Assembly: GCA_017965425.1 (NCBI GenBank)
Contig: JAGCPY010000039.1
Coordinates: 11,389-75,388 of the forward strand
DNA from: Bacteroidaceae bacterium
GTDB taxonomy: Bacteria > Bacteroidota > Bacteroidia > Bacteroidales > Bacteroidaceae
DNA: 64,000 nt
Reading direction: 5' to 3'
Shown: positions 1 to 9,357 of the stretch, in pieces
How the letters are laid out: every line of letters begins with the position of its first letter
Position numbering within the stretch: the stretch's first letter is position 1
Program-made: the position numbers and the translations under genes
The notes under the pieces: generated by a model
Seen by the model: the letters and a program-made list of their open reading frames with translations, nothing else
Told to the model about the DNA's origin: nothing
The model's database searches: none

Positions 1-412
1 CATTGAGATGGAACTTGCACTTGTACTCGCCGACGTAGGTCAGGGAACCGTGGGCGCTGGAACCGGCAAGGATGAACTCGTGCTCGATTGTCGTGCAGGT
101 GTTGGTGATGGTGACGTGGCCGCCATCGACGGTGGCCGTCACGCCTTCTGCCGTGTAGGGTATGTCAACCGACGCATGGTCGCCGTCCCATGTAACCGTG
201 ACCGGGTTGACGATGGTGATGGAATCTATCTCGGCCGTGGAATAAGTGAATCCTCCTATTTCGAGGCAGGAACCCGCTGCCGTGTAGGGCAGGGATGAAG
301 CTTCGGTCAAGGCATAGCGGGTGCTTTCGCCACCGCTCCAGACGCGGATCCATTGGGCATTGGCTGCCGTGGCGAAGACGGCAAGTGCTATGGTGGCAAG
401 TATCTTTTTCAT
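1..412 (-). CDS. Secreted protein, N-terminal part (ORF runs off the left window edge). Possibly a Cthe_2159-type carbohydrate-binding beta-helix protein.
   Basis: ATG at 412-410. It is absent from the ORF track because no stop lies in the window. My hand translation MKKILATIALAVFATAANAQWIRVWSGG...VTATVDGGHVTITNTCTTIEHEFILAGSSAHGSLTYVGEYKCKFHLN is open down to position 2. It has a signal peptide. The family guess rests only on the sequence pattern. Confidence 0.5.
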   Translation of the reverse strand, partial: MKKILATIALAVFATAANAQWIRVWSGGESTRYALTEASSLPYTAAGSCLEIGGFTYSTAEIDSITIVNPVTVTWDGDHASVDIPYTAEGVTATVDGGHVTITNTCTTIEHEFILAGSSAHGSLTYVGEYKCKFHLN

Positions 413-414
413 GA

Positions 415-873
415 TCAGTGAAGGATTTTCAGGGTTCGGTTTCCGAGTTTGGCGATGTAGAGTCCGCGTGGGAGGTCATTGAGGTTCATCTCGGCACGCT
501 GGTTGCTGACGAACTGCTGGCGGACGACCTGACCGTTGGCGTTGAAGAGCAAGAGGACACCCTGTCCGTCGGCCACGAGCTGACCGGCCTGGATGCACAG
601 CTGGCTGCGCTCGGCGGCAAGCCCCCGGACGGCGGTGGCCGTCTCGGTGAAGCTCAAGCGGTTGAGCGTGGACAGCGAAAGATGGGTCTCGGTGCCATCC
701 ACGGTCGTCACCACAAGGTCAGAGCCAGAGAAGGTAATGCGCTTGACGGTCTTCAAGGCGAAGCTCTGCTCCACGGTGCTGCTGACGAGCGTCAAATAGT
801 TATAGGTGCCGGCAACAGCGGTGACGCAGCAGCCAGCCACGAGCGCAAGGCTCAGGAGTAGTCGTTTCATCAT
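415..873 (-). CDS. Small secreted protein with a T9SS C-terminal sorting domain
   Basis: Signal peptide MMKRLLLSLALVAGCCVTAVAG. The C-terminus ...LPRGLYIAKLGNRTLKILH matches the T9SS type-A CTD pattern. Its stop lies 2 nt from the next gene's start. Confidence 0.6.
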   Translation of the reverse strand: MMKRLLLSLALVAGCCVTAVAGTYNYLTLVSSTVEQSFALKTVKRITFSGSDLVVTTVDGTETHLSLSTLNRLSFTETATAVRGLAAERSQLCIQAGQLVADGQGVLLLFNANGQVVRQQFVSNQRAEMNLNDLPRGLYIAKLGNRTLKILH

Positions 874-924
874 ATTTCGATTTTATCTTTGATTCCTTTT
901 TTCTTGTCTTTCCGCTCAATCTGT

Positions 925-1791
925 TCAGAACTTGATGCTGTGTCCGATGCTGATGGCATGTATGTTGTCATCGCCGTCGTCGTCGTTCTCGTGAGTGAAG
1001 ACGTAGGCAGCGGAAATCTTGAATGTCTTGGACACGCTGAACTCGACTCCAGCGGCTGCACGCAGCTTGTCGAGGTGCCAGCTGTCGGACATGTTGTTAT
1101 GGAACTCCACGGAGGCAAAGGGTTCACACATCCAGCCTTTCTTGTCGATGGAAAGCTTCAGACGCGAACGCAGCAGATGACGGTTCCACGCCGCTTTCTC
1201 CTTCACGACTTGATCCTCTTCGTCGTATCCTGTGATGTTGTTGCCGCTGTCGTAGGAAGGATCGCGGTAGCGGGTACGCTCCACGTCGCGTGCGTTTTGG
1301 TGCGTAAACTGGTAACGTTCACGCACAGCGACGCGCAGGGTTTTCCAAAATCGCTTGTCGGCACTGACGTCGAACGATATGCGGTGGCGGGGAACCCAAT
1401 GGGAAGCGTCGAGGTTGTAGCCCTGGTATGCACGTGTGACACCGTCGGCATCCACGATGCTGGTTCCTTGATAAGAGGAGAAGTCGTTGTCGCCTTTATA
1501 CTTATACTCGCACGTTTCGAGGAAATGCTTCTCGATGAAAGAATAGGAAAGGCCCAGCTTCACATATTTGCCCAGCTTCTTGTTGACGAAGACGCCGATG
1601 CTGGCGCGGTTGAAGTCCTTGTTCCATTCGGTCGTACGCAAATCGCCTTCTATGCCGACACTCCAATCATAAGGCAGCACTTTCGTCAGGTTTATCTCCT
1701 GCCAAAGACCGCCTGTGGTCTGTGTCGCGTTCTTTTGTGCATGGGCAGCCATTGGCAAAACCATGATGGCTGCAAGAATCAGTCTTTTCAT
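925..1791 (-). CDS. Outer-membrane beta-barrel protein, DUF2490-like
   Basis: The internal Met gives signal peptide MKRLILAAIMVLPMAAHAQ (start moved from 1869 to 1791). The sequence has an alternating beta-strand character and a terminal ...HSIKF. It sits 13 nt downstream of the DUF4956 gene, which is the usual context for this family. Confidence 0.55.
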   Translation of the reverse strand: MKRLILAAIMVLPMAAHAQKNATQTTGGLWQEINLTKVLPYDWSVGIEGDLRTTEWNKDFNRASIGVFVNKKLGKYVKLGLSYSFIEKHFLETCEYKYKGDNDFSSYQGTSIVDADGVTRAYQGYNLDASHWVPRHRISFDVSADKRFWKTLRVAVRERYQFTHQNARDVERTRYRDPSYDSGNNITGYDEEDQVVKEKAAWNRHLLRSRLKLSIDKKGWMCEPFASVEFHNNMSDSWHLDKLRAAAGVEFSVSKTFKISAAYVFTHENDDDGDDNIHAISIGHSIKF

Positions 1792-1804
1792 GTTGGTGGT
1801 GTGA

Positions 1805-2518
1805 TTAAATTTCCCTTGGCACACGTCCGTAGCGGGCGATGCTGTTGCCCACATCCTCCGGATCCTCATAGAAGATGCGGATGAGGGCGCTGTCCTTCAG
1901 GAAGTCGAGCATACCCACTTCGATGCGGGAGATTTTAAGTCCGGTGCGTTTCTCCAAGTCGGCCTTCAGCTCGTCGCGACGCGAGGCGGTGATGAGGCTC
2001 ACATTGTCGTACTTGATGATCTTCGAGCATTCCTGTTCAAGGACTTTGCTGCTCTCGAACAGCCATGCCATGACGATGAAGACGATGTTGACGAAGAGGA
2101 TGGTGACGATGCCCACGCCGTCCCAATAGTCAGCCTTCGGGTGGTAGTCGCCATGTGCCAAAGCGTTGATGACACTAAGGGCGATGAGCATGAACAAATA
2201 CGTCATCTCGCGGATGGGTACAGCTTCCGTGCGGAAGCGCATGATGCCGAAGATGGCGAACAGACCCATCGCGGCGCCGAGTTGCATTCCTCCGCCGTCC
2301 ATCAGGCTGACGAGCAGGAAGATGCTCATGGCCATGAGGATGAAGATGAACATATAGTCGCGGCGGTGGCTGCGGGGGAAGTAGAACTTGCGTGCAACCA
2401 CGGTAACGACAACGAGGTTAATCATGAAGCGGATGACCAACGAGATGAACTGCTGGGGGTCAAACAAGGTAACGCCAAAGAGATTACCAAGTTCGTTGTT
2501 GATTTGGGTGAAATCCAT
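1805..2518 (-). CDS. DUF4956-type integral membrane protein
   Basis: Multi-pass membrane protein carrying LFAIFGIMRFRTEAVPIREMTYLF, typical of DUF4956. It is paired with a VTC gene. Confidence 0.7.
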   Translation of the reverse strand: MDFTQINNELGNLFGVTLFDPQQFISLVIRFMINLVVVTVVARKFYFPRSHRRDYMFIFILMAMSIFLLVSLMDGGGMQLGAAMGLFAIFGIMRFRTEAVPIREMTYLFMLIALSVINALAHGDYHPKADYWDGVGIVTILFVNIVFIVMAWLFESSKVLEQECSKIIKYDNVSLITASRRDELKADLEKRTGLKISRIEVGMLDFLKDSALIRIFYEDPEDVGNSIARYGRVPREI

Positions 2519-2561
2519 TTTGGGTGTATTGGGTTAAAGTTTAATGTTTTAAGTTTAAAGT

Positions 2562-3359
2562 TTAAAGTGAGGGTTGGGGGAGGCGGAAGTCTGTGCCGGT
2601 ATATTTGGAGATGCGGACGAGTTTGGGCTTGAAGAGGTTGTTTTTCAGCTTGTCGTTTGTCATCACCGAGCCGATGCAGTACTTCGAGAAGCCGGAGGGT
2701 TTGATGCGCAGCTGCCGCAGGATATCGAGCACGGGCGAGAAGACGTTGCCGTCGCGTTTCAGTTCGATGATGACGAGCTCTCCAGTGCCTTCGTCTCGTA
2801 CGGTTTCGAAGTTGTGGAAATGGACGTTGAAGTCAATCGTCAGGCGTTCCGTCTTTCCATAGTTGACGAGGGTGATGCGCTGGAACTGGTTCTGCACCGT
2901 GGGGATGATGTCGTCGAAGGTTGCGCCTGTCAGCCCCTGGATGAAGGGCGTGCCTCCGGCATCCACGACGTCCTGTCGTTCCTGCGACGGCACGGTGATG
3001 CGTTTCTTCTTCGTGCGACCGTGGTTGTTCTTGGTCTTCACTTCCAGGAAGGTCAGGTTTGAATCGAGGTAGGTGCGCACGCGAATCTTCTGACGGGGAG
3101 CCCTGGCGTTGTGATGCTCCAAGAAAAAGCGATGTGAGGGCGTGTCCCAATAAGTGGTACGGTAATTGGCGATGCGCTGGCCGTCAATCTGCTGGGCAAA
3201 GTACTGACCTTGGGCCAGCTCCAGGAGTTCAGACAGCTTGCGCTTGTTGGTCACGAACTTCGTGTCGGTGCGGTTCATGAGCTTGATGCCACTCATGTCG
3301 TCAAGGGATATGGGCGACAACAGACCGAGCCATTCCTGTATGTTTTGGTCGAAATTCAT
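2562..3359 (-). CDS. VTC-domain (polyphosphate-polymerase-like, triphosphate-tunnel) protein
   Basis: Start moved to the internal Met (MNFDQNIQEW...). Motifs: NRTDTKFV, TTYWDTP, KIRVRTY, LEVKTK, IIELK. Confidence 0.7.
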   Translation of the reverse strand: MNFDQNIQEWLGLLSPISLDDMSGIKLMNRTDTKFVTNKRKLSELLELAQGQYFAQQIDGQRIANYRTTYWDTPSHRFFLEHHNARAPRQKIRVRTYLDSNLTFLEVKTKNNHGRTKKKRITVPSQERQDVVDAGGTPFIQGLTGATFDDIIPTVQNQFQRITLVNYGKTERLTIDFNVHFHNFETVRDEGTGELVIIELKRDGNVFSPVLDILRQLRIKPSGFSKYCIGSVMTNDKLKNNLFKPKLVRISKYTGTDFRLPQPSL

Positions 3360-3486
3360 GTCTTTTCGTACTTTTTCGGGGGCAAAGATAGAAATAAGTT
3401 TAAAGTTTAAGGAGTAAAGTTTAAAGTTTTTGCGTCTTTTTGGTGTTTTTTTCATCAAAAAGGCTTGTCGGCTCAACCAAAAGCTC

Positions 3487-3494
3487 TATCTTTG
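3487..3494 (+). promoter_or_regulatory. Bacteroidetes -7 box (TAnnTTTG) upstream of frr
   Basis: TATCTTTG lies 40 nt upstream of the frr ATG. Confidence 0.45.
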
Positions 3495-3533
3495 TCGCCG
3501 AAAGGACCTTTAACTTCAATCTTTACACCTGAT

Positions 3534-4094
3534 ATGGCAGAAATGAAAGAAATCCTCTCCAATGCGGAAGAACGCATGGAAGAGGCCGTGATGTATCTCG
3601 ACGAAGCCCTTTCCCACATCCGCGCGGGCAAGGCGAACGTGAAGCTGCTGGACGGCATTCGGGTCGATAACTACGGTGCGATGGTTCCCATCAACCAGTG
3701 TGCCGCCGTGACGACGCCCGATGCGCGCAGCATCACCATTAAACCTTGGGATAAGTCGATGTTCAAAGTCATCGAAAAGGCTATCATTAACAGCGACCTC
3801 GGCATAATGCCCGAGAACAACGGAGAGCTGATCCGCATCGGCATTCCGCCCCTTACCGAAGAAAGGCGCAAACAGCTGGCCAAGCAGTGCGGCAAGGAAG
3901 GGGAGCAGGCTAAAGTCAGTGTGCGCAATGCGCGTCGCGATGGCATCGAGCAGCTGAAGAAAGCCGTCAAGGATGGTCTTAGCGAGGACCACCAAAAGGA
4001 CGGCGAAGATGACCTCCAGAAGATGCACGACAAGTTCATCAAGCAAATCGACACCCTCCTTGCCGCCAAGGAGAAGGAGATCATGACGGTGTGA
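3534..4094 (+). CDS. frr: Ribosome recycling factor
   Basis: [19 protein letters not shown]...[20 protein letters not shown]...[12 protein letters not shown] is full-length Frr-like. The start is set at the internal Met, downstream of the promoter box. Confidence 0.95.
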   Translation: MAEMKEILSNAEERMEEAVMYLDEALSHIRAGKANVKLLDGIRVDNYGAMVPINQCAAVTTPDARSITIKPWDKSMFKVIEKAIINSDLGIMPENNGELIRIGIPPLTEERRKQLAKQCGKEGEQAKVSVRNARRDGIEQLKKAVKDGLSEDHQKDGEDDLQKMHDKFIKQIDTLLAAKEKEIMTV

Positions 4095-5089
4095 AAGGCC
4101 TCGTCATCCGCAATACGGGAAGCTGGTACGACGTTCGCACGGACGACGGCCAGCTTTTCGCGTGCAAGGTCAAGGGCAATTTCCGGCTGCGCGGCATCCG
4201 CTCGACCAACCCCGTGGCTGTTGGCGATATCGTCGAAGTGTTGCCGCCCGCCGCGCCGGCGAATGGCGCTGCGACGATTGACCTGTCTCCCACCGGCGGA
4301 CAACAGGGAGCCTTCATCACCGACATCCATGACCGTCGGAACTATATCATACGCCGCGCCAGCAACCTGAGTAAACAGAGCCACATCCTCGCGGCCAACG
4401 TAGATTTGGCCTGTCTCGTGGCCACCATCGCCCACCCCGAAACCTCTACCACCTTCATCGACCGTTTCCTGGCTTCGGCAGAGGCTTACCGCGTGCCCGT
4501 AGCCCTCATTTTCAACAAGGTGGACCTCTACGACGACGACCAGCTACGTTATCTCGAGGCCGTCGTCGCCCTTTACCGTCACCTCGGCTACGCCTGCCAC
4601 ACCGTGTCTGCCGTGACTGGCGAAGGACTGGATAACCTGCGGAGCGAGCTGCGGGGACGGACATCGCTCCTGAGCGGCAACAGCGGCGTCGGCAAGAGCA
4701 CCCTCCTCAACTGTCTTGTCCCGGAGGCGCGCGTCAAGACCGCCGAGCTCAGTCTTGCCCACGACCAGGGACTGCACACCACGACGTTTTCTGAAATGTT
4801 TGACCTCCCGTCGTCTGACGATGTGGCAGATGCGGGCCGCATCATCGACACACCGGGTATTCGCGGTTTCGGCACCTTCGATTTCGAACGCGAGGAGGTC
4901 GGCCACTACTTCCGTGAAATCTTCAGCATCGGACGCGGTTGCCGCTTTGGCAACTGCACCCACACCCACGAACCTGGCTGTGCCGTACTAAAAGCCCTCG
5001 ACAATCACGAGATTGCCGAGAGCCGTTACCAATCTTATCTTTCCATGCTCGACGATAAGGACGAGCGCAAGTATCGCGAGAAGTTCTGA
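4091..5089 (+). CDS. rsgA: Ribosome small-subunit-dependent GTPase A
   Basis: GTG start overlaps the frr stop (GTGA). Circularly permuted GTPase motifs [18 protein letters not shown] and DTPGIRGF are present, plus a C-terminal Zn cluster C[13 protein letters not shown]. Confidence 0.9.
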   Translation: MKGLVIRNTGSWYDVRTDDGQLFACKVKGNFRLRGIRSTNPVAVGDIVEVLPPAAPANGAATIDLSPTGGQQGAFITDIHDRRNYIIRRASNLSKQSHILAANVDLACLVATIAHPETSTTFIDRFLASAEAYRVPVALIFNKVDLYDDDQLRYLEAVVALYRHLGYACHTVSAVTGEGLDNLRSELRGRTSLLSGNSGVGKSTLLNCLVPEARVKTAELSLAHDQGLHTTTFSEMFDLPSSDDVADAGRIIDTPGIRGFGTFDFEREEVGHYFREIFSIGRGCRFGNCTHTHEPGCAVLKALDNHEIAESRYQSYLSMLDDKDERKYREKF

Positions 5090-5097
5090 CGCCTCGC

Positions 5098-5679
5098 CTA
5101 TTGAGGTGCCTGGATGTGTCCGTCGCGGAAACTCATGTGCATCATGTGCGCAGAGCGCGGAACCAGAAAAGCATCGAAGTCGATCTGCCAGTGCTTACCG
5201 TCCAGACTCATGAAGCCCTCCGTCAGAACCAGTGGATAGTTCTTCACCGTCACCACTTCCGTCTGCGGGTTGCGGTTAGGCATGGCAATGCTGTCCACTG
5301 CCGCCGAGAAGTCCCACGCAGAGCGGTCTTCCCGCAGGGTGGCCGTCCGTGGCTTGCTGAAGAGGTAGGCGGTGTCGTTCTTGACGACGCTCACGTCTGC
5401 CAGCGTGACCGTTCCCCACGTCTCGCTCTCATACGTGAGGCTGCACAGCGTGCCTTCCTTATTGGTGAGAGCGATGGTCAGCGTGTCGCCCTCGGACGGA
5501 ATGAAGGAGGAATAGGCGTTGCTGCCCAACGTCCAGCCGCCATACTTGCCGGCCAGCGTGTTCACGGTGGGCGTTTCCGGCGTCTTTCCGGGTTCCTTTT
5601 CGTCATCGTCGCCGCAACTGATGGCGAATCCCGTGCAAAGCAGCAGGGAAAGCACCATCCATGTGATTCTCTTGTTCAT
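5098..5679 (-). CDS. Lipoprotein, possibly with a lipocalin/calycin-like fold
   Basis: Internal Met start gives MNKRITWMVLSLLLCTGFAISC (lipobox). The fold assignment is a guess. It is divergent from the TonB-dependent receptor gene. Confidence 0.5.
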   Translation of the reverse strand: MNKRITWMVLSLLLCTGFAISCGDDDEKEPGKTPETPTVNTLAGKYGGWTLGSNAYSSFIPSEGDTLTIALTNKEGTLCSLTYESETWGTVTLADVSVVKNDTAYLFSKPRTATLREDRSAWDFSAAVDSIAMPNRNPQTEVVTVKNYPLVLTEGFMSLDGKHWQIDFDAFLVPRSAHMMHMSFRDGHIQAPQ

Positions 5680-5730
5680 GTTCGTTGTGTGTAGAATAAA
5701 TAAAGGTAGGATGTTTTTCGTAATCGGCTG

Positions 5731-5738
5731 CAAAGATA
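5731..5738 (-). promoter_or_regulatory. -7 box (TATCTTTG on the minus strand) for the lipoprotein gene
   Basis: The plus strand reads CAAAGATA, 52 nt upstream of the ATG at 5679. Confidence 0.4.
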
Positions 5739-5845
5739 AGTTCTTTTTCCCAAACAGGCGCAAGGAACAAGGAGGATTTTTCCATCGGGGAAGCAAAATA
5801 CCTAAAAATGTGTAACGGGGATGCTGTGGCCGTTCCTTTTTATGC

Positions 5846-5933
5846 GCGTACACGTTCCACACAGAAGGTGTAAACGTTCGACCCCGAAGGTAAAGACGTT
5901 CAGCGTGGAAGGTAAAGACGTTCCAGCCGTTGC
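5846..5933. repeat. Array of four phased 22-bp repeats (family R1)
   Basis: Units start at 5846, 5868, 5890 and 5912: GCGTACACGTTCC.., GTGTAAACGTTCG.., GTAAAGACGTTCA.., GTAAAGACGTTCC.. Confidence 0.8.
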
Positions 5934-5998
5934 ATAAAAAGGTGGAGGAGGCACGGAAAATACCTACTTTTTATGATGTGCATTCGGCGGAAAAGTCG

Positions 5999-6006
5999 TA
6001 TCTTTG
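5999..6006 (+). promoter_or_regulatory. -7 box upstream of the TonB-dependent receptor gene
   Basis: TATCTTTG lies 22 nt upstream of the ATG at 6028. This supports 6028 rather than 6004 as the start. Confidence 0.45.
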
Positions 6007-6027
6007 CCGACGGAAATACACAAACAG

Positions 6028-8595
6028 ATGAAAGCAATACGGTTTCTGATGCTGCTGACGGCATGTGTGGGCGTGCCGATGGGGTCGCGTGCCGACGATG
6101 GCCCCCAGAGTCTGCCGGCGGACTCTCTGCGGACGACGGACATCGAGGAGGTGGTCGTCGTTTCAACCCCCAAGGAAAATCAGTGGCTGCGGCAACAGGC
6201 GCTCTCGTCGTCGTCGTTCTCACAGGATATGATGCGCGAGCGTGGCATCGACGGGCTGAAGGATTTGTCGGCTCAGGTGCCGAACCTGTTCATTCCGTCC
6301 TACGGTTCACGGCTTACGACCAGCGTCTATGTGCGTGGCGTGGGTTCACGGACAGGCACGCCCGCCGTGACGCTCTACGTAGATGGGGTCCCCCAGTTGA
6401 CGCCGGCAGGCTTCGACTTTAACTTCGCGGGGGTTGACCGCATCGACGTCCTCCGTGGCCCGCAGGGAACGCTCTACGGACGCGGGTCGATGGGCGGCGT
6501 CATCCGTGTGTTCACCAAGAACCCCATGCACTATCAGGGAACCGACATCCAGCTCGAAGCGGGCCAGACGGCAGGCTCCACGCCTCTTGATCGGCAGGAC
6601 GGCGACGGCGCAGGGCATTACCGTCTGAACCTGACCCACTACCACCGCATCAGCGACCACTTTGCCTTCAGCGGCCATCTCTTTGGCGAATACGACGGCG
6701 GCTTCTTCCGCAACGGCGGACGCGACAACGAGCTGATTGATACACAGACAGACCTCGGCGCTCGGATGCGTTTCATCTACCAGCCCCGCACAGATTGGCA
6801 CTTCGACCTGACGCTGTCCCACGAGTGGCTGCGGCAAGGCGGCTACCCTTACGAGTACCGTGGCGTGGTGGGCGCACCCACGACCCCAGATCCCGAGACG
6901 CCCGTCGGCACCATCGGCTACGACAACCGCAGCGGCTACCGACGCCAACTCACGAATGCGGGGCTGACCGTGGAGAAGACGTGGCCGAAGTTGGTGCTGA
7001 CCAGCGTATCGGGGTTCCAACGGCTCGACGACCAAATGGATCTCGACCAAGACTTCACCACGACCAACCTCTACACGCTGATCCAGCGACAGCACATCCA
7101 CACCCTTTCCGAAGAAATCATTCTGAAAAACGCCCCGTCATCAGCCGACGACACACGCTCATCGAACCGCTACGCGTGGCTCCTCGGCGGCAGCGTCTTC
7201 CACAGTTGGGCACGCACAGAAGGCCCCGTCACCTTCCATGACGACGGACTCGGCTGGCTGAACGGCCTCGTCAACCGACAGGCCAACACCCACTTGCCCA
7301 CCATCGTCAGCCACGACGAACAGGGAGCAGAAGCCTACCGCATGAACTTCCTCTTCGACAACCTCATAGAAGGCTCCACCCTGGGCTTCCCCGGCGTCTA
7401 TAAGACACCGACGACCAACGCCGCTCTCTTTCACCAAAGCACGCTGTCCGATTTGTTCGGCGTGCAGGGCCTGTGCCTGACAGCCGGCCTGCGTGTGGAT
7501 TATGAGCATTTCCGTCTGAACTATGACGCCCACTACGGCTTTGGTCAGCGCTATGGTCTGAACGGGCGCCTCACCTATCCCGATGGCAGCGTGCGCGAAG
7601 GCATGACGCTGGTGCCCACCAGGCATTTCGAGGTCGCCGACGGCCTCTTGGGAGAATGCTCAAAGGACTATCTGCAACTCCTGCCACGTGTGACGCTGCA
7701 ATGGATGTTGCCTGCCTCGCAGACCTTCGGCGAACGTTCGTCGGTGTATGCCACGGTGTCCCGTGGACATCGCTCGGGCGGATACAACATGCAGATGTTC
7801 AGCGACTTGTTGCAGACACGTATGCAAACGGCCATCATGAAGAACGTGGCCGACGCCACCGTTCCCGTGGTCGAAGCCGTGGCGATGATTCCCCCTGACG
7901 TCCGAGATAAAGTCCGTGACATGCTCATCGGCATGGGCACCCAGCAAGAGCTCAACGTGCAGGAGGCGACATGGTATAAGCCCGAATCGTCGTGGAACTA
8001 CGAAGTCGGTGCCCACCTCAACCTCCTGGAGCAACGCCTGCAAGCCGACGTGGCCGCCTTCTGGATGCAAACCCGCGACCAGCAGGTGTCGAAAATGTCG
8101 TCGGGCGGGCTCGGACGCGTCACCGTCAATTCAGGCGAGAGCCGCAGCATCGGTGCCGAAGCGGCCTTGCGCCTTCACCTGGCAGACGGATGGCTACTCC
8201 AGGCGGCCTACGGCTACACACATGCCCGCTTCTGCGACGACAGCCGCGACACATTTGTCCCCTTCGTGCCGCGTCACACGCTCACAGCCGGCATCACCCG
8301 CGAATGGATGTTGCCTCACCGCTATCAGTCCTGGCCAGAGGCCATCGTCGTTCATGTGGATTACAAAGGAGCCGGGCGCATCTATTGGACGGAAAGCAAC
8401 AGCGCTTGGCAGGATTTCGCGGGAACGCTGAATGCCCGGCTCGCGGTCAAGCAAAAGGATTCGGAACTGGCCTTCTACGTCCACAACCTGCTGGCGACAC
8501 ATTTCCAGACTTTCTACTTCGAGACCATGCAACGCGGCTTTGCCCAATATACACGACCAGCGGAGCTGGGATTCCAACTCCGCTGGAGGTTTTGA
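6028..8595 (+). CDS. TonB-dependent outer-membrane receptor (siderophore/metal type, not SusC type)
   Basis: Signal peptide MKAIRFLMLLTACVGVPMGSRA. Plug motifs: VVVVSTPKE, YVRGVGSR, IDVLRGPQGTLYGRGSMGGVI. Terminal ...FQLRWRF. Confidence 0.85.
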   Translation: MKAIRFLMLLTACVGVPMGSRADDGPQSLPADSLRTTDIEEVVVVSTPKENQWLRQQALSSSSFSQDMMRERGIDGLKDLSAQVPNLFIPSYGSRLTTSVYVRGVGSRTGTPAVTLYVDGVPQLTPAGFDFNFAGVDRIDVLRGPQGTLYGRGSMGGVIRVFTKNPMHYQGTDIQLEAGQTAGSTPLDRQDGDGAGHYRLNLTHYHRISDHFAFSGHLFGEYDGGFFRNGGRDNELIDTQTDLGARMRFIYQPRTDWHFDLTLSHEWLRQGGYPYEYRGVVGAPTTPDPETPVGTIGYDNRSGYRRQLTNAGLTVEKTWPKLVLTSVSGFQRLDDQMDLDQDFTTTNLYTLIQRQHIHTLSEEIILKNAPSSADDTRSSNRYAWLLGGSVFHSWARTEGPVTFHDDGLGWLNGLVNRQANTHLPTIVSHDEQGAEAYRMNFLFDNLIEGSTLGFPGVYKTPTTNAALFHQSTLSDLFGVQGLCLTAGLRVDYEHFRLNYDAHYGFGQRYGLNGRLTYPDGSVREGMTLVPTRHFEVADGLLGECSKDYLQLLPRVTLQWMLPASQTFGERSSVYATVSRGHRSGGYNMQMFSDLLQTRMQTAIMKNVADATVPVVEAVAMIPPDVRDKVRDMLIGMGTQQELNVQEATWYKPESSWNYEVGAHLNLLEQRLQADVAAFWMQTRDQQVSKMSSGGLGRVTVNSGESRSIGAEAALRLHLADGWLLQAAYGYTHARFCDDSRDTFVPFVPRHTLTAGITREWMLPHRYQSWPEAIVVHVDYKGAGRIYWTESNSAWQDFAGTLNARLAVKQKDSELAFYVHNLLATHFQTFYFETMQRGFAQYTRPAELGFQLRWRF

Positions 8596-8617
8596 TTGAC
8601 AAAGGATTTCGCGTGAC

Positions 8618-8935
8618 TTACTCGGCCTCACCGTATTCCAGTTCGCCCTGCACGACCCAGATGAGGTCTTCGGGCGAGAAATCCCCGTACTTATCTTTGC
8701 GTGCACGTTCGGCGATGGCGGCAGCAATGACTTCGGTGTCAAGGTCAACAAAGCCGTCCTCGTCGGGTTCCTGTTCCAGCAACCCGCTTTCCACGTAGTA
8801 GTCGGCCAGCACGTCGATGAAGTAGTAGAGGTCTTCGTCCGTGAACTTAACCTTCACTTCCTGAGGCAGATAGGCCTTGATGTATTCCACGGTCTGCACG
8901 TCGTCGGCAGCCTGCTGAAGAAGATCGTCTTCCAT
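8618..8935 (-). CDS. Small acidic hypothetical protein
   Basis: 105 aa, very acidic, with no signal peptide. It lies 26 nt downstream of trxA on the same strand. I recognise no family. Confidence 0.5.
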   Translation of the reverse strand: MEDDLLQQAADDVQTVEYIKAYLPQEVKVKFTDEDLYYFIDVLADYYVESGLLEQEPDEDGFVDLDTEVIAAAIAERARKDKYGDFSPEDLIWVVQGELEYGEAE

Positions 8936-8961
8936 GATGGGATGGTGATGAGGCGGTCCGC

Positions 8962-9279
8962 CTATTTAAGAATGCTTTGCAACTTGGCTTCGAGCGCTGC
9001 CTTGGGTGCAGCCCCGATCTGTTTGTCCACCACCTCGCCGTTGCGGATGAAGAGGATGGTGGGGATGTTGCGCACGCCGAAACGGATGGCAAGCTCATCG
9101 TTCTCATCGACATCGACTTTGCCGATGATGGCCTGGTCGGCGTATTTCTCTGCCAACTCTTCAATGTATGGACCGATTTTCTTGCAGGGACCGCACCAAG
9201 TGGCCCAGAAGTCCACGACCATAGGCTTGCCCTCGTTGACAAGCGCGTCAAAAGATGAATCTGTGATTGCTAATGCCAT
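8962..9279 (-). CDS. trxA: Thioredoxin
   Basis: Carries the WATWCGPCK active site and has thioredoxin length (105 aa). Confidence 0.9.
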   Translation of the reverse strand: MALAITDSSFDALVNEGKPMVVDFWATWCGPCKKIGPYIEELAEKYADQAIIGKVDVDENDELAIRFGVRNIPTILFIRNGEVVDKQIGAAPKAALEAKLQSILK

Positions 9280-9357
9280 AATGTAAAGTTTTTAATGAAT
9301 GATGATATTAATGTTTGTTTTCAGATGTTCTGCAAAATAGATGCCAAAACGGGAATG

